A stretch of 64,000 nucleotides of DNA, from assembly GCF_963676685.1 (NCBI RefSeq), contig NC_092349.1, positions 31,558,001 through 31,622,000 on the forward strand, read 5' to 3'. Origin of the DNA: Mytilus edulis. Its lineage: Eukaryota. The translations under genes and the position numbers were made by a program. This document shows positions 14,468-26,914 of this stretch, in pieces. Numbering within the stretch: the first letter of the stretch is position 1; each line of letters opens with the position of its first letter. Below the pieces are notes generated by a model that saw only the letters and a program-made list of their open reading frames with translations, was not told the origin of the DNA and searched no databases.

Positions 14468-16142
14468 TCACAAAAATACTAAAATCTCAATGGTAGAGTA
14501 ATCTGAAATAAACAGTTTAGAGAAATCTTTACAGAAAGCAAAGCCATATGGTTTATTCAATTCATCTTTTGTTGTCAAAATAGTTTTCATAGATTTATCT
14601 TCAAACGAAAACAGCTTTTAAAAAATTTGATGTATTATATTCCAGTAAATATGCATTTCCTAAGCTGTCAATTTTAACATGAATCACGTGGTAAGTATCT
14701 TCAGCAGGGATAGACGTATCTGTTTCATCTAATCCTATGCATGTTAACATTGATTTTCCTAAATTTGCCTGAGCGTAGTAAGGTTGATCATTTTCCCCAA
14801 CTGATATTGAGTAAATCATACTGATGTTTCCAACATGAAGTGTCTTCTTTAATTCACTAGTTTTACTTATAATGTATATTTTGCCGTCGTTCCCACCTAC
14901 AGAAATTTGATCGTCAATAAGAGCAATACCATAACACTGCTGTGGTACTTTGATCAGTTTTCCTTTCGTCTTCATTGTAACGATATCTACCTCCTGAACT
15001 GACTGTATATATATATATATATAGTAGTGTGATCCAAGCTGTATTCGCTTCTTCTTCCATAGCTATTCCCCACTGTTTCCCGTCCATTTGAATTGTTGCC
15101 AACTGCTGACCTTTGTCTGACATAACATACAAATTGTAATGAAATTGATTACACATGAACAATCTATTGTCTTTTGTCACACTTATACCGGCAAGGGATG
15201 CATTCGGAACTTTGAATTTAGCATCAAGTTTGATTTGTGTTGGAATCTATCTCTGTTGTTGCAGGTGTTGCGCTTGTTGACCTTTAAATTGTTTGTATTT
15301 GATATCAAGGGAAGACTTCTTTATTTCAATGGAACCAAATGATTTCACGACGGACAACAAATCAGACTCTTTAAGTGAAAGAGATACACCATTTTGGGTC
15401 AATAGCAGTTCTTGAAAATCATTTGCATGACAGTTCAGTTCTTTTTTTTTATATTACTAATGAGCATACATATTTGACTTTCTGATCCATGTGTTGTGAC
15501 GGATTCAAACTGTTCAGAAATATTTTGTATCTGTTTTCGTCGATTGCATATTTTGTCAAGGTCGTCACTACATTCTTTTGACAGGTTTGTATGCATTTTG
15601 TCAATTTCAGATATGAGAGCTGCTTCCATTTCTTGAATACGCTTCTGCAATTGTTTCTTCAAGTTTGTAACTTCTTGCTGAACAATCTCCTTACTATTAT
15701 CAAGACTGACCATGCCTTTTGTCTTTTTATCTTCCAGCTCGTTAACAGCAGTATTAAGAATACGAACATCTGTTTTAATTTCCTCAAACCTTGTCGAAGA
15801 TTTGACTCCTTTCGCAGCTACTTCAATTGGCAGCAGTTTGTCACATGACCGATGATCACTAGCCATGCATGACCGACAGCACATTGTATCATGGTCAGAG
15901 CAAAAGTATTCTAAAACCATATCCGGATGAATATCGCATGATTTATAGACAATATATGGACTTCCATCAATCACGTTTACATCTATAACATGATGGGTCG
16001 CACATAATTTAATGCTTCCGTGAACATCTAAACATTCGGAACACAGTGCATCCTAGCAGTCTGTGCAATACTTTATAGCTTTGGTGGATTTACTTCGTCT
16101 TGAACAGGTTCCACAAAACATGTTTGGTGATTTTGACGCCAT
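14468..16142 (-). pseudogene. B-box/coiled-coil/NHL-like TRIM pseudogene, tandem paralog of 20606-22264
   Basis: Colinear with the intact paralog from ATG 16142. GAG>TAG stop at 16053-16055, frameshift in the T-run ~15442-15450, (TA)n expansion ~15007-15022 and a frameshift near 14620. Confidence 0.9.
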
Positions 16143-17940
16143 TTCCTGAACAAAAATATTTAATTTTGTATTTTTAGGCGTCCAGACCTATCTATGAAAT
16201 TTGAATATATTTGTTGCGGAATATCTGACTGTCTTCATACTTATATTTGAAACTAAATATTCTAAAACTTACATATACAAACTGTAACTAAAGTCAACGT
16301 ATGTTAATTGATTTGTTACCTATTATTTCTTATTATTAGTCGTCTACAATAGCTGCTGCTCAAGACTGCTTATGTGTCATCACTCCTAAATTAGTTTGTA
16401 TGTGACTGTATATTTTCCTATGCAATGTTTTGTTTATAAATAGTATTTGTTTTTGTTTTATAGATACGGATTCCCTGGTAATAGTTTGTAATTATTATTT
16501 AAATATTAATTTCACATTTGTATTTGACAAACATCTTAGCTAGCATTGTGTTAATTAACTTAAAATACCACTGAATTAAGTGATCTTTAATTGAAGAAAA
16601 TAAATATTTAAAGGTGTAAATGTATTCAAAATTTCATGGTTTACTGATAATACATAATCAATTCTATCTTCTTTAAGTCAGTGGTATAAAGTTTTAAAAA
16701 AAACATAGTTTCAATGTAATTTTTTGGGCAAATTTACTTTTAAGGGAACAATTTATGAATAATGTCGGTTATGTGACGTATTTTTAAGTTTCTTATTATC
16801 TTTTGTAGACCTGTGTAAAAAGGAAATTTATGAAAATGACAAGGTAATTGATATTCAGGTCAACACCGAAGTGCTAACTTCTGGGCTGGTGATACCCTCG
16901 GGGACGAAACGTTCACCAGCAGTGGCATCGACCCAATGGTGTAAATACTTATCAGATATGCGGATATTGTTTTATTCTCTTTAAAACCTTTCCAATTGTG
17001 AACGAAAATTAAGCGCATGATTTGTCAAAGAAACTTTACAAATCAATAAAATATGCACACCCTATTTGTCTTTACATCTGATATGCATTTATAAAGATAA
17101 TTATGGAAAATCTTTAATGAATTTTAGGAGTCCTTTTTGACCCCAAAGCAAAACAAGACAGCAGTACTTGTAATTGAACATATGCTATATTTTTTTTTAG
17201 GTCAAACATGCACTGAAAATTAGAGTAAATACCATTTGTCTATGTGATATCAAAATTCCTATCTTTAACTCGTACATGTCGTAAACAATCAGATATTAAG
17301 ATTATCGGAGTAAACTGTACGACAGTACTTTGATTTTATCGTACTATACAAGGTAGTAGAATAAAATGGATTTACCTGATTTTTTAAATCGTTCTTTTTA
17401 CGCCTCCCTTTACCTTTTTCCCCGTTTTTCTGACATTTATGCCAACCTTGACTTATTTTTACTATTCAGCACAAGACTACAGCTACACACATATAATTTA
17501 AATGTAATATTTACCTTTCAGATTCAATATTGCCACTTCCAATGGTTGACTTGGACTTTAGTCAAGCTATAAAAGGTAGACAACTTGTGAATGTTTACTA
17601 CCTTTAAAGACTGTTATATAATCGAGTTATTATAAAAAGAGCAAGCGAAGGAGTAATTTATTTCTACTTGATTTATATTTAATGTGATAAGAAATCAAGC
17701 AATATCATATCCGTTGTCATTGATGGTTATTATCATATCAGTCTATTGACCTTTTTTAGGGGGGGGGGGGGTGGTGGAGGACGACGATGGATGCTATAAT
17801 TTTTAACAAGACAAGCACGTTTTTAAGCTTTCATTAATAATAGCTTTGGCAATTTTTTGCAGGAATTTAACAAATTCATATCAGTCATGGATATTCCTTT
17901 TGGAAACTAGTCTTAAATCACACAGTAATATATGCCTATA

Positions 17941-18487
17941 TTATTAAATCGTATATTTTAACAAATTTGATTCGTTTAGGGATAGTCACATGTTGAACTA
18001 TATTTTCGAAGGTAGAGAGAAAACGGCGGATAGCAAAACGCATATTGAACGGCAAAAAGCATATTGCACGGTTATTTTTAGAATATCTAAAAACCGATAT
18101 ACTTTGTGACGTCATGTAATGAATTTCAGGATATTGTTTAACGTTTTGAAACAAATGATATCTGTGATCGGTTATTTGAGGGAAAAAAATCTTCAAATAC
18201 ATAAGATGTCCCAAAAAAAGTAAATGAAATAACAACTAATATGTTGTTATTGTCAAGGAGACAATGTAATATCTATAAAGTTCCAACAAACCTAAATGAC
18301 GATTTTGATACAAACATGGTCGGAAATTAATAATATAACAAATATAGCCTTTGTATGAGGTCAATACAGAATATATCGACCCAAAGAAGTATATCGATCT
18401 CGGACTTCGTCCTCAGTCAATATACTTCTTTCAGGTCAATATATCCTTGTATCGACCTCATACAAAGGCTATATTTGTATAATAATA
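17941..18487. mobile_element. Insertion ending in a ~150-bp fold-back hairpin (Crypton-like non-autonomous element by architecture)
   Basis: acaaatatagcctttgtatgaggtc...gacctcatacaaaggctatatttgt (18338-18478). Absent from the paralogous segment near 30890. Confidence 0.55.
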
Positions 18488-18726
18488 TTTTTTTCTCACT
18501 TTTTTCAGGTACCCCAAAATTGGTAATATTCAATAAACCATAGACATGAAAGACAATTCAACAAGATTTTGGCAGATGAAGCATAAACCCCTGCCTTTTC
18601 AACATTGTTCAATGATGAAATTAAAAGAAAAAATAACCATAGGAAAATTTAGGGGTAAAAATGTATGCCATACAAAAATTCACCTTAGCGATAGGCACAG
18701 TGGAAACGTTCAGTCGACTAGTTTTA

Positions 18727-19812
18727 TTGTCGAGCCTGCAACTTTAGTTGCAGAAAGCTCGACATAGGGATAGTGATCCGGCGGCGGCGGCGGCGGCGGC
18801 GTTAGCTTAATTCTTAAAAGCTTTATATTTTAGAAGGTGGAAGACCTGGATGCTTCATACTTTGTATATGGATGCCTCATGTTACGAAGTTTCCGTCAGT
18901 CGCATCACCAATGTCCTTGACCTCATTTTCATGGTTCAGTGACTACTTGAAAAAAAGTTAGGATGTTTTGCAATGTTAAATTCTCCCTTATTTTAAGTAA
19001 TAGGATAACTATATTTGGTATGTGCATACCTTGCAAGGTCCTCATGCCCGTCAGACAGTTTTCATTTGACCTCGACCTCATTTCATGGATCAGTGAACAA
19101 GGTTAAGTTTTGGTTGTCAAGTCCATATCTCAGATACTATAAGCAATAGGTCTAGTATATTCGGTGTATGGAAGGACTGTAAGGTGTACATGTCCAACTG
19201 GCAGGTGTCATCTGACTTTGACCTCATTTTCATGGTTCAGTGGATATAGTTAAGTTTTTGTGTTTTGGTATGTTTTTCTTATACTGTATGCAATAGATCT
19301 ACTATATTTGGTGTAGGGAATGATTGTAAGGTGTACATGTCTAGTTGGCAGGTGTCATCTGACCCTGACCTCATTTTCATGGTTCAGTGGTCAAAGTTAA
19401 GTTTTTGAATTTTGGTCTTTTTTTCTAAAACTTTATGCAATAGGTCAACTATATTAAGTGTATGGAAATATTTTATGATCTAAATGTCAGTCGCGCAGGT
19501 TTTATTTGACCTTGACCTCATTTTCACAGTTCATTGCTCAGTGTTAAGTTTTTGTGTTTTGGTCTGTTTTTCTTAAACTATAAGCAATAGGTCAACTATA
19601 TTTGTTGTATGGAAGAATTGTTAGCTGTACATGCCTGCCTGGCATGGTCATCTGACCTTGACCTCATTTTCATGGTTCATTGGTCAATGTCCAGTTTTCT
19701 TGGTTAATGTTAAGTTTATGTGAGAGATGTAATAAAGCTTTGTATTTAGGACTATCAACATTATATAAATGATTAGTAAAGAAAGCGAGACATTTCAGTG
19801 TGTGCACTCTTG
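18727..19812 (+). mobile_element. Non-autonomous Helentron-associated element (HINE family 1)
   Basis: 5' hairpin GTCGAGC..TGCAAC/GTTGCA..GCTCGAC, (GGC)n tract, ~147-bp internal tandem repeats and 3' gcgagacatttcag..gcactcttg. T-rich insertion site; empty site in the paralog at ~31400. Confidence 0.8.
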
Positions 19813-20605
19813 TTTGTTAACTTGTTGCCGCAAGTGAAAAAAGGGGAGGGGAGCAATTTGCAACAACAACGTGTCAAATTTTTAATAACGATCAAAATTC
19901 GGACCTGTATCGAGCGGATTAGGGTATCTATTTTTGCCCCAACTGTTTAGGGTCGTATCCAGCTGCGCTCGGCGAAGCAAAGTATGTTATAATGACAAGT
20001 TACAGATCAAAATCAAATTTTGTTCCTGCCTAAAGATTTTGTTCACAGTTATGGTCCTTGGACTTGGATAATTCACTCAAATAATCAGTTTTCCACACCT
20101 TTTTCGTCATTCTTTATATTGAATTGCTAATTGGTATATAGGTTTTTTTTATAACAAGTTATAAATTATAAATTAGCTTTATAACTTTAGAATAGGCGAA
20201 CATATCACTTGTTTACTGTCTTTATCTTTATTAACAGTAGGAAAGATTATAATGTCTTACAAGCCAAATATTCAATACGAAACTAATCTGTTAATCGTAT
20301 TTGATTAATTCGAAAAGACAATATTATTAGGGCCTGTTATCAAAATTTGTCAAGGGACACAATGCAACAACTCAAAGAGATGACGACAAGGATTTATGAA
20401 TCACTGTTCCCTAGAATTTGTTTAATATTTCCTAGTATTTCATAGACATTGCCCATATAAACACTTTCGTAGTTTACTTTGACAAAAAACGTCTTTATAA
20501 TAACAAATGGAGATATCCTCAATAGCTTCTTTAATCAAGCATGTCAAACAGATGCAAAGATACCGAATTATGTTAATGTACGAATCAACCATTAATTCTT
20601 CATTT

Positions 20606-22264
20606 TTATGCGCGCAGAAATGTCAAAATCTCTTTCGTACAATAATTTGAAATAAACAGTTTAGAAGAATCTTTACTGGAAGCAAAGCCATATGGATAAT
20701 TCAGTCCATCCTTTTTTGTGAGAATAGTTTTAATAGATTTATCTTCAAACGAAAACAGTTTTAAATTTGCTACATGGTATTCTAGTAAATATGCATTTCC
20801 TATTCTGTCGTGTTCAACACCAATCAGGCCGTTTAGATTTTCAGCAGAGAAAGAAGTAACTGTTCCATCTAATCCTACGCTTTTCGGTGTGGATTTTTCT
20901 ATATTAGCCTGAGCATAATAAAGTTGATGTGTTTGTCCAACTGATATTGAGTGTACCTCGCTGCCTCCAACATCAAGTGTCTTCTTTATCTCACCGGTTT
21001 TGCTCATAATGTATATTTTGCCGTAACTACCTACAGCAATTTGATCGTCAATAAGTGCAATACCAAGACATCGTCCTGGTGATTTGATCAGTTGTCCTTT
21101 CTTCTTCATTGTAACGACATCTACTGCCTGGACGGACTGTATATCTGGTAGTGTGACCCATGCTGAATTCGTGTCTTCTTCCATAACTATCCCCCACTGG
21201 TACCCGTCCATTTGAATAGTTGCCAGCTGTTGACCTTTGTCTGACATAACATATAAATCGCTACCGGTATAATTACACAGAAATAATCTATTGTCTTTTG
21301 TCACACCTATACCGGCAATAATTGCACCCGCTGCTTGGAATTTAACATCAAGTTTAAATTGTATTGGCATCTTTCTCTGCTGCTGTAGGTTTTGTGCTTG
21401 TTGAACATTAAACGGTTGGTATTTGATATCAAGGGAAGACTTCTTTACTTCAATGAAACCAAATGATTTCACAACGGACAATAAATCGGATTCTTTAAAC
21501 GAAATAGATATATCTTTTTGGGATGATAACAGTACTTGAAAATCATTTGCCTGACAATTCAATTCTTTTTTGATACTATTAATGAACATAAATATTTGAC
21601 TTTCTGATCCATGTTTTGTGATGGATTCAAACTGTTCAGAAATATTTTGTATCTCTTTTTGTCGATCGCATATTTTTTCAAGGTCGTCACTTGATTCTTT
21701 TGACAGGTTTGTATACATTTTGTCAATTTCAGACATTAGAGCTGCTTTCATTTCTTGAATACGCTTCTGCAATTGTCCCGTCAAGGTTTTAACTTTTTGC
21801 TGAGCAATATCCTTACTATTATTAAGACGAACCATGCCCTTTCTCTTTTTATCTGCCAGCTCGTTAACAGCGGTTTTAAGAAAACGCACATCCGTGTTTA
21901 TATCCTCAAACATGGTTGAACTTTTGACTCCTTTTGCAGCTACTTCAATTGGCAGTAGTTTATCACATGACCGATGGTCACTTGCCATGCATGACCGACA
22001 GCACAGTGCATCATGGTCAGAGCAAAATAATTCTAAAACCATATCCGGATGAACATCGCATGATTTATTGACAATGAATGGATTTCCGTCAATCACGTTG
22101 ACATCAATAACATGATGGGATGCACATGATTTAATGCTTCCGTGAACATCTAAACATTCTAAACACATGGCATCCTCGCAGTCTGTACAGTACTTTATAG
22201 CTTTTGTGGATTTACTTCGTCTGGAACAGGTTCCACAGAACATGTCTGGGGATTTAGAAGCCAT
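20606..22264 (-). CDS. RING-less TRIM-like protein: B-box1, B-box2, coiled coil, NHL-like beta-propeller (552 aa)
   Basis: Open frame from ATG 22264, just after the ttttcag acceptor. CGTC..YCTDCEDAMC..C...H and C..H...FCSDHDALCC..C...H B-boxes, a heptad region, and propeller repeats (GIGVTKDNRLFLC, WGIVM, GLNYPYGFA). Confidence 0.9.
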   Translation of the reverse strand: MASKSPDMFCGTCSRRSKSTKAIKYCTDCEDAMCLECLDVHGSIKSCASHHVIDVNVIDGNPFIVNKSCDVHPDMVLELFCSDHDALCCRSCMASDHRSCDKLLPIEVAAKGVKSSTMFEDINTDVRFLKTAVNELADKKRKGMVRLNNSKDIAQQKVKTLTGQLQKRIQEMKAALMSEIDKMYTNLSKESSDDLEKICDRQKEIQNISEQFESITKHGSESQIFMFINSIKKELNCQANDFQVLLSSQKDISISFKESDLLSVVKSFGFIEVKKSSLDIKYQPFNVQQAQNLQQQRKMPIQFKLDVKFQAAGAIIAGIGVTKDNRLFLCNYTGSDLYVMSDKGQQLATIQMDGYQWGIVMEEDTNSAWVTLPDIQSVQAVDVVTMKKKGQLIKSPGRCLGIALIDDQIAVGSYGKIYIMSKTGEIKKTLDVGGSEVHSISVGQTHQLYYAQANIEKSTPKSVGLDGTVTSFSAENLNGLIGVEHDRIGNAYLLEYHVANLKLFSFEDKSIKTILTKKDGLNYPYGFASSKDSSKLFISNYCTKEILTFLRA

Positions 22265-23754
22265 TTCCTGAAAATGAAATAAAACAATTTTTTTTCGTTT
22301 TTGTGTCATTGAACTGATAATTTAGTCTGCGTTCAGACCTTTATGTGAAACTGAATATATTTGATGTGGAATATCTGTCTGCCTTCAGACTTATATTTGA
22401 AACTGAATTTCAAAAACTAACATATACAAAGTGAATTTAAAAGCGATCTAGGTAAACGTATGAGTAACCTATTATTTCTGATTATAAGTCGCTGCAAAAG
22501 TTGCTGCTCAAGACAGACCGCTTATGTGTCATCAAACCTAATTTAGTTTGTATGTGACTATTTGTTTTCCCATACCATGTTTTGTTTATTAATTGCATTT
22601 GTTTTGTATCCGTTTTGTTGACACGGATGTTTCTATTTTGTATTTGGTAAACGTCTTAGTATGTGATAATTATCTTAAAAGATCACTAAATTAAGTGATC
22701 TAGAATTGGAGAAAAAAAAATATGAATAGGTAATTATACAGTGTAAATTTTTTTATTAAATTTGAAGGTTTTTGTGAGTTCATATACATGATATACAAGT
22801 TATAAGACTTGATTGTATCATCTTTAAGTCAGTGGTATAAAGTTTTCAAAAACATAGTTTCAATGTGATATTTTTGGAAACATTTATTTAAGGGATCATT
22901 TTATGAATAATGTCGTTTTTTGACGTATGTATTAACATGTATTTAATTCTGGTAATTTCAGATATTCCAAGTTTTTATATATCATCACTATAAGGATTTA
23001 ATCTCATATACATGTAAAGAAAAACTCGTCATCTGTAATGTATGAAAACAAGAATAAAAAATGTTGATCGATGGCATTCTAACTGTGGAAAACACAAAGA
23101 TCTAGACCAGAAAATTGAAACATGAAGCAGTATACAGCTTAGATGTTATTACAAGTTGAAATTGAAAGCAATATTGGTATGTTAGTGTAATACCATTGCT
23201 AATGTATACTCTGCTATGTTTGTTTAGCTTTAAGTGGTGTGAAATAACACTTTCAGAGCGCTTCTTGTTACATCATGGCGGCCAGTTTATATTGGTTTAC
23301 CTAAATTATGGTAACATTGACTAATTGAAATAACATAGAAGAGTTGGAGATGAGAAGATTCATAAATCTTTAATATAATTTTAGGGAAATATTATTCACT
23401 TTCTAAATAGTTATCAAAGATACCAGGATTATAATTCGGTTAGAAGCAAAATACGATAGTCATATATTTATTTTTAGATTCTAACAAAATATTTGGACCA
23501 GATGTGATCCGACATAAAATGCAAAATTGTGTGCTTTTTTCTGGACACAATTCAGAATTTGCTCACCTATCACACTAAAATAATGATAACCTTTTCAAGT
23601 ATTGAAATTTCAGACCTGAATACTAAACATATCCATACAGTATGACTAGCATAACAAGTGCTTTAAAGTTACAACAAGCAAACCCCATAGCGCATAGCTG
23701 ATTGCTTATGGTGGTTTTTACATAACATTAATTGGAGGGAAGCGTCAAGTTATT

Positions 23755-26700
23755 TTTTTTTTTTTTTTTAACAACATAATAATTTTATTCATCAAATATT
23801 GCTTGTTACAAAAACTATCAAGATTCCAAGCTTCTCTTGATGTACCCTGTTACACTCCATTGACTACCCAGGTAATAATCAGCTGATTAGATATACATTT
23901 ATACATTTTATTAGCTATATAGGTACAGTTACTGTAAAATAACATTACTATAAAATTATTCGTATGTTATGTTATTTTGAATTTTTAATAGCATTGGACT
24001 TATTATCTTATCTCTATTTGTGTCTACTCTCTTATTAAATTCATTCACAAAAATTCTATAGACATCTATATTTTTGTTTTCTGTTAAGATACATAGTATG
24101 TCTTATAGATAGAAAAACTAAGTATTGTAATTAAAAAATTGATGGAGAAATACTTATTGTCTGTGATTTTGTACCCAAATATTAGGTGTTGTAGTTTTAT
24201 CACAAAATCTATATTACATCTTATAAGGAGGTCATCTATTTGTTGCCAAAATCTTGTCAAATAAGAACACTTAAAAAAATAATGATTATAGTCTTCTTCT
24301 AGGTTACAAAAATTACACAGATTATTGTTAGTTATTTTCCATTGTGATAGAAGCTTTTTTGTTGGTACAATAAATTGTAGCAGTTTCCATCTGAAAATTT
24401 TTAATTTATTTTCAGTTAAAAGTTTAAAAATAAAATTATACAATGACCTCATATTTGGGGCTTCTTGCATTGATAAAACTTTAAGCCACTTGTTTATCCC
24501 TATTGATGGTTCGTTTATATTGCTCACTAGTGAATCATATAACATTTTATTTGAAAAACATGTAGTCTCAAAATAACGATTTTTCCATGTGATCTTATTT
24601 CTCTGGACATTTACTGTACTTTTAACAGAATTTTCTTTTTTAACAATATGAATCCAATTATGTGGAATAGATTGTTTCAGTTTATGAAATTGAGCAATCC
24701 AGTTTATCTTACTCTTTAATTTTTTTTAAATATTATTTTCTGATATTGACATAGTTTCGTCAAGAATGTCATTTTTATAAAAGTATATTATATCACTCTT
24801 TATCCAGTTTTAAAAAATGATTGGTTCATTATGAAATGTAATGAATTTATTTCCCCATATTATTTGCTTTCTTATATCAAAATATGTGGCTGGTTGTTTT
24901 GTTTGCCCACCCCCAGTCAAAATTCAAGCCTTTATTACTTCCCTATAAAATTCGGGAACATATTTGAAGTATTCTATATGTTTTATATCATTTAAATTCA
25001 TTTTGAATATACACAAAATATAATTTGACACTTTTAGATATTTAAAAGGTATAAGCTTCCAATTGGCAATTTTACCATTAACAAGTCTATATACCCATGA
25101 TGCCTTTAGCGACAAAAAATAACTTTTAAAATCAACCATTTGTAACCCCCCTTTTTCATATGGACGTATTATCAGATTTCTTTTTACTTTGTCAGGCTTC
25201 CCATCCCAAATATATTTAAAGCTTCGTGTTTCTAGTTCTTTAATATAACTTTCGGGAATTATGCAAACGCTTCCCAAGAATGTAAATAAAGGCAAGATAA
25301 GTGTTTTTATAATAAGTATTTTCCCTAAAATTGAAAGATTTCTTTTTTCCCACGTCTTGAACATTTTAATCATTTTTTTTATTTTGCAATCCCAATTTAA
25401 TTTTTTGCATTCCTCTTTATCATGGCCAAAAAAACACCCCTAAAGCTTTGATTGGTTTATCTCCCCAATTAATGCCGGCTATTTTATCTTTACATGATTT
25501 CAACTTCCCAATCCATAATCCTTCTGTTTTATTTCTATTTATCAATAAACCTGAAAACGAACCAAAAATTTCTATTACATTCATTGCAGATACTACATCG
25601 TGTCTATCTTTACAAAATAAGGTTGTGTCATCTGATAATTGCGAGATCTTTATACTATGACTTCTTCCATCTAATTTAACAGTGATTCCTTTTACCTCTT
25701 TGCTATTTCTCAATTTTAGAGCCATAATTTCAACCGCCAAAACAAACAATAAAACTGATAAAGGACAGCCTTGTCGAATTCCCCGTGAATTTTTGAAATT
25801 TTCTGATACCCACCCATTATTCATGACACATGTTTGAACGTCTGTATACATAGTTTTAACCCACTTAATAAATGATTCATTAAAACCAAAATGTTTCAAA
25901 GTTCCAAGCATAAAGTCCTATTCTAACGAATCAAAGGCTTTCGTGAAATCTATAAAAACAATTGCCCCCTCAATTTTGTATGTTTCTGCATAGTCTATAA
26001 CATCTTGGATTTGTCTTAGATTAAACCCAATAAATCTATTTTTAACATAACCAGTTTGATCCTCATTTATAATTTTTGGAAGTACTTTTTTTAAACGTTG
26101 AGCAAGAACATATGACAAAATTTTAAAATCTATATTTAGAAGAGATATTGGACGATAGTTTTCCAAAAGTAAATGGTCCCCCTTTTTGAATATCAAAGTT
26201 AATATACTAGTACGTTGTGAATATGAAAGACTGTTTCTATCGTATCCTGTATTTAAGACATTTACAAGTAATGATTTAAGTTTATTCCAAACCATTCTAT
26301 AAAATTCTACCGTAAGTCCATTAAGACCTGGAGATTTATTTGATTTCATTTTATAGATACCATGTGTGCATTCCTCCAGTGTAACTTTTCCATCACATAA
26401 AAGTTTATCATTTTCATTAACTTTATTTTCTAATTTTGTTTCACTGATATATGTTTCAGTTAAATCTTTGTTTAAACTATTTTTATTATACAAATTTTTA
26501 TAATAATCTTTTATTTTATTAAGGAGCTTCTCTTGATCCGAAATTATTTCCCCATTATCTCCCTTTAACTTACTTATGGATTTTTTTACTTGTCTTCTTT
26601 TTTCTAACCCAAGAAAATAAGAATTATTTTTTTCCCCAAACTCTACCCATTTTTCTCTAGATCTCACTTGAGCTCCTTTCGCCTTTTCTTCGTATATTTT

Positions 26701-26875
26701 ACCTAGCTCTTCTTCAATATCATTTATTTCTTTTTCTATTTCATTATCGTCTCTTATTTTAATTTTTTCTTCCAGGTCTTTCTCCAAAGTAAGTCTTCGC
26801 CCCTTGTTTAACTTTACTTTATTTTTGTCGAGCCTGCAACTTTTGTTGCAGAAAGCTCGACATAGGGATAGTGAT

Positions 26876-26914
<39 letters not shown>

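Noticed and set aside
22265-22309. N-terminal extension MTQKRKKIVLFHFQE of the 567-aa ORF
   Set aside because: It is the intron polypyrimidine tract and acceptor; the paralog starts at the equivalent of ATG 22264.
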